Shown here: piece by piece, positions 36,138 to 49,080 of the stretch
How the letters are laid out: every line of letters begins with the position of its first letter
How positions within the stretch are numbered: the first letter of the stretch is position 1
Assembly (NCBI RefSeq): GCF_964194025.1
Contig: NC_134472.1
Coordinates: 19,654,001-19,718,000 of the forward strand
Source: Convolutriloba macropyga
Taxonomy: Eukaryota
Length of the DNA: 64,000 bases
Reading direction: 5' to 3'
Made by a program: the position numbers and the translations under genes
The notes under the pieces: generated by a model
What the model was told of the DNA's origin: nothing
The model's database searches: none
What the model saw: the letters and a program-made list of their open reading frames with translations, nothing else

Positions 36138-39100
36138 GAAGATGATGGGTACTGAGTAGAAGGCCACATGCACAAAAAAATTAGGCAAAAGGCGGACAAC
36201 GCAGCAATTACTTATATCCTTTACCTTTTCAAGTTAAACCAAATGCTGCGTAAATGTGCTTTTTTCTTCATAAAACTGGGCTGCACCATCTTATATTGCT
36301 TTTTTCCTTCAAAAATACAAAATAAGAAACCAGTGTCAAATATTCAGTACAATTCAGGTACCGTAATATTGTGACGATACTCTTTAATGTCAATGCTTCT
36401 GTGGTGAATTATGCCAGCTTGTAAAACCTAGGACCAAAGGAACATTCTTGACTATCAACAAAAGGATCAGAAAACAGAAGAAAAACAAGTTGCAAGCAAT
36501 TTATGAGAAAATCCATTACGTTTCTGTTGAACGCATAGAGCAATGGTCAGAGCACTTTCTTATAAATCTAGCTGTTTCATTTAAAAAAAGTAAGCTCACT
36601 GAAAAAAGTTGCGCAATGGTCGTATTTATAAGCTAATTTTCTTCAAGAACGAAAAATTACCCAATAGGCTATCTTTAGCAGAGACTGTACTCGCAGTTTG
36701 AGCTCGGATTTTCATATCTACTTGATAGGCTGAGTTGCTTCCAACGAAAGCTCAAAAAGTGAAAACACTGATTACAGACGGAAAAAAGTATACCTAATTT
36801 GAATCAGCTCATGTGTAAAGCCGTTTTGTCCCTGATTTGCGCAGCGCATTCACTTGTTAGTGATTCGTTCCTGTTGGGACATAATGTGTCAGAAAAAAAT
36901 GATAAATTACCTTTTCCTTCTTTATATATTTCCTTCTTTATATTCAATGATTTTGTATTAGAGCAAAAATTAAGACTTGACCAGAATTCAGAGAATGAAA
37001 ACAGGTTCTCAGCGCAATTAGTTATAAAGTAGTCTGAGCGGTGTAAGTCAGTAATTAAAACTGAAAGAATCCTGCAAAGGGGCGTATAAGTGTCTCAAGT
37101 CAGAAAATTTTTTAGCAAATAGGTTCACATCTCTGAAAAGGTCAATATAGATTTCAAAGATGAGTGGCCCAACGTTGGAGAATATGAGATTGCACATATT
37201 GCCAAGACGGCATATTCTGATTTGATTGAAACAGTACTCTTCAACTAAACTGAGCAAATCTTTTGTTGTTGTTATTATGGATTTTCAGGTTGTCTTGAGG
37301 GGTTGTTTCCCTAGTGTTAGATTAGAATCTTGACCACAGATCTGGGCACTGGTGGCAATCACATGCCAGCTTGCCGAGAACCTACATTTCGCTCTGAGAA
37401 ATTGATATGACGCTTTTTCATAAGCTTTAAATTTCGAGTTTTTGGACCAATCGGATGCAAAGATCCACTTGATTTCTGGTAATATTGACAATCCGGCTCA
37501 TTCGGTAGAAGGACTCATGTCAGGTTCCTTCGGTTCTGACCTTTTTGAGGTTAAAGAATAGATTTTTTCTCTTTTCTGCGTCACGCAGATTTGGAATGGG
37601 GCACGAGCAGAACTTCTGCTCCACTGAACTGGAAAAGAAAAGTAAGCTGTTCAATTGCACATACATAGAGAGGGGCAGTAAATCCACTCGTAACAGAAGT
37701 TCTTCTTAGCTAAATTTGAACTTGTTTGTTATACACATCAATAATTTCTTTCGAAACTCCTCTAGCTTCTGCAAGTTTAATCGAGACACGTGGATGAACT
37801 GGAATCCATACGTCAAGAAGGGCAGTAGCAACGATTTGCAGAGACACATATTGAATTTCTCGTACACTTTCTTCAAGCAAATTCTTCTCAAACAAAATTT
37901 ACCTTGTAGGTCTTTCTATATCGACTTTCCAAATGCTCAGGCCATGTTAGCGAAGTATTGACAAATACACCGAGATCGGTTAGCGAATTTGATGACTCTA
38001 GAGGGCCTCAGGGTCTAGGTTTCTATTACCTATATTTGAATACAAATGTCCAATTGAATCGCGGAACTTACAATCATCCTTAGTGAGCAGCTCGTAAAAG
38101 CTGATTTTGCTCGTAAAAGCATTATTCTTCGCATCAAGCTGAATAAAAACGCTTTGAAACATTCAGTTAAAGAAGCGCTGCCATTGTGATAATTTATCAA
38201 TACGAGACAATGTTTGTTACCAAATAGAAAATAAGTAGAAAAAATAGAAATTGAGTAGAATGCTGATGGTGGCTCCACAAGCACAAAATGACGAGACTCA
38301 AAAACAAAAGACAAAGCATTGTTTAGGTCGCTGTTGCAGGCAGTTGGGACAATTCCACGTTCAGCGAGGGAGTGCTCACTACCTGATACTGCATCATCAT
38401 TGCCACCCAAGAAAATATTATGGTTGATATTATTACATTACCACTTATTGCTCAGAAAAAAGTAGTGACGAAAATTCGTTGAAAAAATAGAATCTTACAA
38501 CAAAGCTAAAACCCGATTAACATTGCAGCGTTTTGAAGCAAACTTAATTTCTTGAAATACATTTCTTTTTTAACATTATTCTACACGCTAAATGCGACCA
38601 TTCTCTTTTTTTCCACATCCACATCTATTTGCACCAAAGGAAAATCCGGCTATAGTTCTTTCTTTTTCAAGAAAACCAATCGATCAAAAGATTTTCACAT
38701 AAACAGACAAATTGTGGGTTTGTGAATGTTGGTTGCATTGCACTTTAACTACTGGAAGATGATGGGTACTGAGTAAAAGGCTACATACACAAAAATTATA
38801 GGCAATAAGCGGGCAACGCTGCAATAACGTTTATCTTATATCTTTTCAAGATAAACCAATTGCTGCGTAAATGTGCATAAAACCGGGCTGCCCCATCTTA
38901 TATTGCATTGTAATTAAAAAGATACAAAATCAGAAAACAGTGTCGAGTATTCAGTTTAATTCAGGCACCGTAATAATGTGACAATACTCCTAAATGTCAA
39001 TGCTTCTGGGGTGAAATTTGCAAGCTTGTAAAACCTAGGACAAAATGAAAATTCTTGACTATCAACAAAATGATCAGAAACCAGGAGAAAAACTAGTTGC

Positions 39101-39447
39101 AAGCAATTTATGAGAAAAACTATTACGTTTCATTTGAACGCATAGAACAATGGTCAGAGCAATTGCTTATAAATCTAGCTGTTTCGTTTAAAAAAAGTAA
39201 GCTCACTGAAAAAAGTTGCGCAATGATCGTATATACAAGCAAGTTTTCTGCAAGAACAAAAAATTACCCAATAGCCTATCTTTAGCAGAGACTGTCCTCG
39301 GAATTTGAGCTCGGGCTTTCATATCTACTTGATAAGCTGAGTTGCTTCCAACGGAAGCTCAAAAAAGAAAAGACTGATTACAGACAGAAAAAAGTATACC
39401 TAATTTGAATCAGCTCAAGTGTCAAGCCGTTTTGTCCCTGATTTGCA
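36138..39447. repeat. Dispersed ~700-bp direct repeat (36138-36840 and 38754-39447)
   Basis: Both begin ggaagatgatgggtactgagta and end gccgttttgtccctgatttgc; paralogous ORFs 36448 and 39097. Confidence 0.85.
37560..38750 (-). pseudogene. Decayed LINE fragment; segment ~38085-38750 has a second copy at ~42730-43350
   Basis: DLGV, KSLLLPFLTYG, LQKLEEFRKK motifs; paralogous ORFs 38030-38410 and 42727-43053. Confidence 0.6.
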
Positions 39448-39484
39448 CTTTCACTTTGTGATTTCCCTAACCTTAGAGATACAA

Positions 39485-42400
39485 ATGTAAGTCACGAATC
39501 CGCTTAAAAATTGTTGAGTGGGATTTGAGGTGCGAATCCAAGCTGTTACTAATTTGTGGGATTACCACTTTTAGTTTTGCTTAGCAATTGAGCTACGATT
39601 GCAGCCGTATTTTATCTGACGTGGAAATTCTCCTCGAATCCAATAGGATTCTTTTTATTGGAAAACAGTTATATTAAGAGCAACTGAATTAAGCGATGAA
39701 TTTTATGAGAATGAAAACACAATCAAAAGTGGGAGGAATGAACAACTGAAAACTGGACTTATTAGTCGGCGGCAATTTTTAAGATAGGTGAACGATGAGT
39801 TTTGGTTGGGCAAGGGCAAAACTAAACTGATATTGTACTAAATGAAATAATATGAACTTATTAAGGTACAACCGTACCAAATTGATACTTAATTTTATGG
39901 ATAGATTTATTCAAAATTTTTGAGTCCAAAGCCGGTTTAACTGTTTTATCTCTTTTTACTGTGATAACTATAGGTGAAATGAAGTTTTTATCTGAACAAC
40001 TGTTTATTTTTATGATGTGTTCTTGGTCAAGTAATTTTTTAAGTTCTGCATCAACTATTGGTTGTAAATTAATTGGGACTCGCCGTCCTTTTTGATGTGT
40101 AGGTGTAAACTATTTGCGAAATGTGGATTTGACTGAGTGTTTCAAAGATTTACCGATTCTTGTGATGAAACCCGGAAAATCAAATGCAATCTGTTTCCTG
40201 ATTAAACATTGGTGTTGATCAAATTTGCGACTTGTTTCAACTGTGTGAGAGAAAAGCCTAGCTTTGAGAAGAGATCTAGTCCAATGATGGGTCTAAGGCC
40301 ATCTTCCACTACTGTTACATCAACGCCCGTGGCTATCCAATCATTACATTGGATTGATGTATTAATCACACCAACGATCTCGATTATATATTTAGAGAAA
40401 GTTTTCAGGTCATTTATCTCTGGTGACTGTACCCAATAACTTTCTTTGCACTCTGACACCACCGTTTTTGCGAGACTTTTATTAATAATTGTGCACACGC
40501 TTCCCGAATCCACCAATGCTTTTGTCTTTGTATTTCCGACACAAATGTCACCGGATCCACCTCTCGAGTGTCGCTTTTAATTGAAATCGTCGCCACACAA
40601 TTATCATTATAGTCGTCATAATCCGAGTCATAGTTTGCGTCGTAGATGCTCTGCTGCTGAGGTAGTCTATCCCTATTATGGTCTCGTTCGGCCGCTGTTT
40701 CTGAGGTGCCCACTGTGGCCGCCTCAGAAACAGAATCATCTACATTATTTACTCTGGGTTTCGGTTTATATGGGTGTTTAGGTTTTCGATAACTTTTGCG
40801 AAGTGGTTAGCAATACCATAATTTTTAGAATTCTTTCCACGGGCAGGACAATTTGGTCTGTGTGAGGCTGACCATCCATAGCCACAGTTTGAACAAATTG
40901 TAGGCTTGACGAATTGGTTAGTCGATGGACGTGATCTATTCCAGGATCATTGTACATTATTCACTGTCGTACTTGTAATTTCGTTTGTGGTCGTCTGAGC
41001 TGAGATCCCAGATATTTCTTGCTGATTTTGTATTCCCATTTCAATGTTCATGGCAATTTCAAGTGCGTTTTTTGCTATTCTTGTCTCCTTTAGCAATTCC
41101 TTTTGGATTTCACCATCTTGCATGTTTGCTATGAAGACATCACGAATGATTGATTCCTCGTGGCTTCCTAAATCGCAATTCAAGGATAGTTCCCGAAGGC
41201 ATAAGTAGAACTTTTCTACAGGTTCTCCCTTCAGTTGCTTCCTGGTGAGAAAGGTATACCGATCAAAGGTGATGTTTCGTTGCTTAGTAAACACCCTATC
41301 TAGATTTTCCCAAAGATCCTTTGTTGTTACCCGATCAATCTGGATATTCGGCTTTGGGAACCAAATTTTCGTCTACCCTCCATCCCCAGGCTGAGATACG
41401 CTAGGGAGACTGCTTTGTTATCACAATACTTCCAGGGTTTTTCACCGCACAATATACCTACGAGTTCTGTTTTCTGACAACGATTTAGCCACGCGTTCTT
41501 CAATTGCTGGTTTCGGATTCTTCCATCTTTTTCCCTCTGAGATGTGCTGTTTTCAACATTATCCTCGTATATAGGTTCAGAAGATAGGATGACCTTGTCT
41601 GGGGGATCTTTGAGTAGAATGCTGATCGAAATGCTTTCTTTTGCCATGATAGCCAACTTCAACATTATCTGCCAGCGGTCCCATCTCAAGGGTGATTCTA
41701 GTGTTGGTTTCTCCCAAAAGGGTTCGATTCAAAGGAGTGCTCGTTCTTTGGTTACTGACTGCACCATGTGATATCGCTGACCGTAGAGATACTTATGTGA
41801 GTCATGAAGCCGCTTAGAAATTGTAGAGTGGGATTCAAGGTGCGAATCCAAGCTGTTACTAATTTGTGGGATTACCACTTTTAGTTTTGCTTAGCAATTG
41901 AGCTACGATTGCAGCCGTATTTTATCTGACGTGGAAATTCTCCTCGAATCCAATAAGATTCTTTTTATTGGAAAACAGAGTATATTAAGAGCAACTGAAT
42001 TAAGCGATGAATTTTATGAGAATGAAAACACAATCAAAAGTGGGAGGAATGAACAACTGAAAACTGGACTTATTAGTCGGCGGCAAATTTTAAGATAGGT
42101 GAACGATGAGTTTTGGTTGGGCAAGGGCAAAACTAAACTGATATTGTACTAAATGAAATAATATGAACTTATTAAGGTACAACCGTACCAGATTGATACT
42201 TAATTTTATGGATAGATTTATTCAAAATTTTTGAGTCCAAAGCCGGTTTAACTGTTTTATCTCTTTTTACTGTGATAACTATAGGTGAAATGAAGTTTTT
42301 ATCTGAACAACTGTTTATTTTTATGATGTGTTTTTCGTCAAGTAATTTTTTAAGTTCTGCATCAACTATTGGTTGTAAATTAATTGTGACTCGCCGTCCT

Positions 42401-42660
42401 TTTTGCTGTGTAGGTGTAAACTGTTTGCGAAATGTGGATTTGACTGAGTGTTTCAAAGATTTACCGATTCTTGTGATGAGACCTGGAAATTCAAATGCAA
42501 TCTGTTTCCTGATTAAACATTGGTTTTGATCATTATTTGCGACTTGTTTCATCTGTGTGAGAGAAAAACCTAGCTTTGAGAAGAGATCTAGTCCAATGAT
42601 GTGTCTATGACCATCTTCCACTACTGTTACGTCAACGCCCGTGGCTATCCAATCATTACA
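39485..42660 (-). mobile_element. Internally deleted Gypsy (Mag-like) element: LTR/leader-gag-protease-truncated RT, partially tandem-duplicated (period ~2310 bp)
   Basis: Gag RWDRW..., NITFDRYTFLTRKQLKGEPVEKFY..LRELS.NC; protease DSGSVCTII; RT start GRRVPINLQ..V..EL..L...FISPIVITVK.DK.VK.ALDSK.LNKSI. The ~390-bp non-coding block at 39485-39878 repeats at 41795-42188. Confidence 0.8.
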
Positions 42661-43779
42661 TTTATCATTACCTATATTTGAATACAAGATGTCTAATCGA
42701 ATCTCGGAACATAAAATCATCCACAGTTAGCAGCTTGTAGAAGCTGATTTTTCTCGTAAAAGCATTTTTCTTTGCATCGAGCTGATTAGAAACGCTTTGA
42801 AACATTCGGTTAAAATACGCATGCCATGGGGATAATTTATCATTACGAGACATTGTTTGTTACAGTATAGAAAACAAGTAGAGAGTATAGAAATTGAGTA
42901 GATTGCTGATGATGGTTCCACAAGCACAAGAGGATGAGACACACAGAGAGAATTTTCGGTCGCTGGTGCAGGCAATTGGAACAATTCCACGTTCAGTGAG
43001 GGAGTGCTCACTACTTGATACTGCATCATCTTTGCCGCACAAGAAAATATCATGGTTGATAATATTACAAAACCATTTATCGGTCTGAAAAAAATAGTGG
43101 CGAAAATACGTTGAAGACTTAGAACCTTATATCATAACTAAAGTCCGATTAACATTGCATCGTCATGAAGCTAACTTAATGTCTTTAAACGCAATTCTTT
43201 TTTTAACACAATGCACCTCCAAATCTAATTGCACTAAAGGGAAAATCCGACTGTCGATCTTTTTTTCAAGTTAATCAATCGATGAAAAAGTTTTCACATA
43301 AATAGACAAAATGTGGGTTTGTGAATGTTGGGTTCTTTGTACTTGAACTAATATTTTAACGTCACCAATCCCGTTGTCAATCGCTTTTATTTTGCAGTGG
43401 TTTTTGACTTCTGATACAGATGGCTTCAATTGTCGTAAGTTTTTCAAACCCATGACATGCCTTGAGTGTAAGTTTTTACTCTTTACCACAACATCCAACG
43501 AGATGTATTCCTAATGGAGAAGCTATCTTCAGATGTTCAAAACAAGCCGAAAAAAATCTTTTGAACAAGTGGAATTCACCAAGCTGGCTGGGGTAAAGAA
43601 CCGACTTCTGAAGACGTGGAGATTCCTTAACTCAAATTTTTCCTAAAGTAACATCTGCATATGGCAACAAGCCTGAGCTGGCAACAAGCGCGGAAACAAG
43701 TGGTCTTTGTTTTAGAAGACAAACTTGGAACAGCACCCAGCAACCGAAGTTGCGAATTCACTACAACAACAACAACAAC

Positions 43780-44800
43780 AACAATGTTCTAGTGGCAATT
43801 CCATTGATAACATGTCGGCTAGTTTGGCCAATATATATGTAATTGTATTCCTTGCATTTAAGTTATATGCCGCATGCGATTTCAAATTTTTTGTTAGGAT
43901 GATTTCAGGTTGGGCAAGCGAGTTCCTATTTTTCTCGTTGTAAAAACAATTTGAAAATCAGAAAGTTTTTTCAACCTACTCTTAAATTTGAGTGCTCTTT
44001 CCTTTGTATTCGACAAAAAAAAACCTCGGCTCATGCTCATGTCGTTGAGATTTTCTTTCTTAGGAGGTTTTGCATGAACGTTTTTTTACGTTTTTTTGTC
44101 CAATGTTCTTATTCAAATCACAATAAATCATCACTTCAAGGGACTCTGCTTTTTCGTCCAAATCCTATGATTTTTGTTAAGAGATTTCTCAATCAATGGT
44201 TGCATCGCATGCGAGTCCTGTGTATGGTTTTTGAATCTTGTTTATCTTATGTTGTAACGGTACGATGCTACGGAAATTAAAATTTAATATATGCTGGTAT
44301 AAATACATTTTCGATACCAACGAGTGCTAATTTTCCTGTCCTCACTTATGTTCATAATCAGCTCTAGAAAGGCCCAACTTCCATTCTCGTCGGGTGTCTC
44401 TTGAATGGATGGAAAGCTTTGTGAATTTGTATGAATTTGTATACTCAAGGTGCGCCATCGGTACAGACCAACGTACATTAAAAATGATTCCAATTTTTTT
44501 AAAAACAAATCGTTGTAATTTTTCATTAACCCTAAAAAACTATACATACTCTTTTGAGAACATGTGATGAAGAAGTCAACGAACCATTATCAATTAGACA
44601 TATCCTGATTAGAAACGGGACTGTTGGCACGAAGATCAGTCCATATTTCATTAAGCAGTCATTTTATACGGTGTCTGGAAAATGTCCTCACCAACATAAG
44701 TTGAAGACTTTTGATCATGAATTTTTAATTAAAATTGTAGCTTTCAAATATGCAGCCGAGATAGCGCAATTGTTTTTTTATCTCCTGAAATTTTAATTGA
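43780..44800 (-). mobile_element. Penelope-like element remnant (RT C-terminus and GIY-YIG)
   Basis: E.....AFLELI.....ISTRWYRK near 44300-44400; LPNLKS...YIGQTSRH near 43810-43930. Confidence 0.65.
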
Positions 44801-45670
44801 AATCAAATTTTAACCCTAATTGCATTCTGATATTGATTGTATATTACATGGTTATGTTTAATTTAATACAAAAAGCGTCACTTAAAAAAATTGGAACAGT
44901 AAAAAAAAAAATCAGGTGGTACGAAATGGGGTTCCATTGCCCATTTGTTGATTCATTGTAAATTTTGTTTCACCCACAAATGTACCCCTTAGCTTTGCGG
45001 GGACACAAAACACTGATGCGAACTTCTAGAAATCCTTTGAACTTTTTCATGCAATCAAATTTTGCGTTCAGTTTTTGTTGACCCGTTGACTGCCAGCAGA
45101 TTTTTGCGCCTAAATCTTGCGTTGAAAAAAATTTCTACCGACCCAACATCAAATTTTCCGAAATAGATGTTTGACATCTTTGGATGAATTTCTAATTCAT
45201 CAGCTCAAGCCTTCAGAGATGAAGAAACAGAATCAATTTGTTTTTCTTAAGATGTCGAAAGAACTTTTAGGTCATTACACTAAAGATTATAGCAAAAACT
45301 CACAACAAAATTGAGTCCAGTAGGACATTGAGAAAAATTTGTCATAAAAAATAAAGATGTCTTGTCTATTTCGTCCCCTGAAATCGCAATGAATTGGTTG
45401 TTAGAGAGTTTGACCAGTGGCCGTTGAATGAAAACAAGTTCCGATAACTATTATTTGTAAAGAAATTAGAAAGTAGTTTGAGCTTGAATAACTATAAGAG
45501 TTCCAAACAAGTCCTGCAAAAGCAATTATAAGACGCCGCTTTCCAAAAATTTATTTGCAGAAAGAGTTAAAATGACTGCGAAAAAATTGATTTTGTTATT
45601 ACCAGAAAATTCATCAGAACTGATTTTAATTTTGGGTAGCCACCGTTGAAGAACAAGAAATTGAAAATAC

Positions 45671-45975
45671 CGCAGACAAGTTGCAGAACTATGACCAGAC
45701 TTTCCAGACTGATATCCAGACAGTCTCAGGCCTCATGATCAGACTTATCAGACTTATTCGCAAACAAGTTTCAGAACTATGACCAGACTTTCCAGACTGA
45801 TGTCCAGACAGTCTCCGGACTCATGATCAGACTTATCAGACTTATTCGCAGACAAGTTGATGAACTATGGCCAGAATTGCCATACTTATGTCCAGACGAA
45901 TTCCAGACTCATGATCAGACCTAGCAGGCCTATGACCAGACCTCCCAGTCTTATTGTCAGACAATTTCCAGACAA
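45671..45975. repeat. 88-bp minisatellite (~3 copies), CAGAC-rich
   Basis: cgca(g/a)acaagtt at 45671, 45759, 45847. Confidence 0.85.
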
Positions 45976-48539
45976 CAAAAATTCTTCCAGACCATTTATA
46001 AAATGTTCAGTGTTTACTCCCCACCCCAGACAACCTGTTGTCTGGACATAAATCTGGGACCTCGACTCGGGCTGCAGCGACAGCATATTTGTTAGAATTA
46101 GTGCAAAAAAATTACGTTTATTTCAAGGGTACTGTCCACACCTTTGAAATTTATAAAGAATTATTTCGATATTGATTTACAGAATTCTTCAACTGCATGT
46201 CCTGTTTTCGCTATGTTTGCTGACGAAGAGTTGCCAATACAGTTCGTTTACTTGTGATGCGGCTCTACGTTTGCAGAGCCGCATCTAAACAATTGGAACC
46301 TTTTTTGCTTTTATTGGAAACTTCTGAGCTTTTTGACCAAGTGTTTTCATCGGTCTTGCTTATGGAGTTTTTGATAATCCTGATTTTGCACTCTTGGCTT
46401 TGCCTGGTACTTTTGTTGCCATTATAGCCAAAAGTTTTCCATGTCATTTCTTGTCATTCCTTCATATATGTTTATTTTTGATTTTGCCAATGTTTTGCGA
46501 TGGAATTTACAAGGAACCAGAGGTTCTGAAGGCGTTGGATTTTCCTCTATGTGAATTTTTTTGCGTTAGCCAAAAATTCGCCGTTATTCGGCGCCAGTAT
46601 TCCTGTACCTTTCTTTTTTGTGGCAGATGACACTTTTCTTCTAATATAAAAGCAGAAAATTTCTTGAAGTAGATTGCAAATTTCGGACAGTAAGTTGTTG
46701 CCGTCGGCGTAACCAAGAGTTTCACTATGTTGGTGGGCCGATCAACTATATACACCAGGAAATAAGCTGCCTACATATTGACCAGTGAAGTTCTCCACTT
46801 GTTACATGTCTATATCCGATTTCGGACTCTCTTATTTTCACGCCAGTGAGCAATTACTATTTCTAACATTTCAATTTTGATATTTTTGATCAATCAGTTT
46901 CAGATATTTGCCTCCTAATCGCATGCTTGTAAGGTTTTGATAAATCTTGGTTGTGGCACTGCATCGAATTTTTGTCAAAATTGTCTTAAAAAACAAAGAG
47001 TTTGCCGGTTAAATTGGACGCTTTTTTTAAAAAGAATTGGTTGAGGAAGCTCAATATTTGTACGATTGTTGATCTTTCAGATCTAAATCCGTATTGAAAG
47101 TCATGCAACAGCTCACTTACCGCTAGGTAGGTGTCATTGAAAATGTCTTTAATGACTTTCGAAATACAGCGAAATAGGTTTATTGGTCTATAAAGAGTAA
47201 TTGATGGTTTTTCATCGCTTTTTGAATTGGAGTTAGTTCAATGGTCTTCTGAAATATTTTCCATCTAGTTCAATTATTTGGTTAACTTCCAGAATTCTTC
47301 CACGTAATATATTTCTCGGCGAAAAAAAATTAATTGAACTTTTGTTTCACGAAGATAGCTTTGGGTATAAGTTTTTTTGGACTTGTCATTGAAAACGATC
47401 TGAGAAGATTGGTTGAAAACTTCACCCTTTTGTCAGCCTCATGGTACTGATTTTCATTGAAGATGCATTGCATCAGGAAAGGGTTTGGATTTTTGTTTTT
47501 TTCTTTTATTTTTCTGTTTTTTGTTAAACTGACGTGTAGCAAAGAGACACATTTGTGAAATTATTGGTCAGACTGTCTCGTTTCAAGGATTTCTTCTTCC
47601 ATTTGGTCTTTATTAGTATATTTTTGTGGGGAGTTCTTCATTTTGATACTTTTTGTTTCGAAGTAAATAGATTTTTCATTAACTGGAATATTGAACTCGA
47701 TACAAAAAAGCAGAGAGAGCAGCCCTATGAATTAATACTTCCGCTGGATTTTCATCGAAGACATTAACAAAACAATTTTACAATTGTTGTCGAAGGAAGA
47801 CGATGCGCCGGAAGCAAAACCTTAAAAGAGTTCTCTTGGATTGCATGCTTTAAAACTTCTCATTTGGAATTGTATGCGTGCCTTGTCATGTTGTTTGAGT
47901 TTACTGAGACAATTTTGAAACTGATGTAAATTGAGTAAGCAAATGGTCTAAACTTTTCTTGATACAATCTTCTGATATATTTGTAAGCCTTGTTTCTATG
48001 TTTGCGTCACATCAAAACCTTGGATCCTTTGTGAGGAACACTTCAGGATTATTAAGAACTCGTCACCTGCTTTTCATTTGCTCAGAAGTTCGGCTTTACG
48101 ATGTCTCTTAACAACCATTAGTACCATGCCATATTTTTTTTAACGTTTTCTTTGTCCATTCGGTTGTATCTGAAAGTGATCTAGTTACTTAGAAAGAAAG
48201 CTTCTGTAGGTACGCTTGACGTAATCCAAGTTTCAGTTAGAGAGAGGGCGCTGTAGTATACGTTTTAAAAAACCAAAGCATCTGGGCATATTAATTAAAC
48301 TGTGATTATTGAAATCTAAGATAGTGTTGTTTGGTGGTCGCCTTTTTATGTTGGTGTCAGCTGCTACCCAAATATTATCTATTTTCCTTCTTTAGTTACC
48401 AAACGTGATTGACCTCTAGAATCTGTTTTTCTAACCCACGGACAATGAGGTTGTTGGCCCTTGTTCAGTGTTTCACCTTCATGTGGAAGAGCAGTTTTGC
48501 TGATTTACACGGAATTTGAGTACATTTTCGGTTTCCCGA

Positions 48540-49080
48540 GTAAGAGTAGGAGCATGCATTTGTCATACTTGGAGGACATAGTGGCAACTATTTTGCGGTT
48601 TTGAAATATCTGTAATGTCCCTTCCTGCGGCAGTCAGATAATCTGGAGTATAGATGCAGATTCATTAGCAAAATCAAAAAGCTTTTTTGCCATGTTCTGC
48701 TCTGGAACTATCTTCCAGATCATAGCTTTCATTTATATCACAAATTCTTACTACAAAGTCTTCTTGCCAAACTGCAGAATGCATATTTGACGTTGTGGAA
48801 AACGACGGACATGCCTGCTAGTTTGGCCAACTTAGATGGAAATGCATCCAATAAATGTACATTTGTATATCACATGTGTTTTCAAATTTTTATCAAAAGA
48901 AGATTTCAAGTTGGACAAGCAAGTTCTTGCTTTTCTTGTCGTGAAAAGTATTCGAGTAAAATAAAGTTTCTCCAGCAAACGTGCAAAATTAAGAGTGGTA
49001 TTTCCTCTGTATTGGAAAAAATCCTTGGCTGAAGCATCAAAAGTTGCCATGCTTCTGTCAGAAACTAAAAGTGACAAAAA
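48540..49080 (-). mobile_element. Second Penelope-like GIY-YIG fragment
   Basis: FTTRKARTCLSNLKSSFDKNLKTHVIYKCT..GC..*VGQTSRH. Confidence 0.7.
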
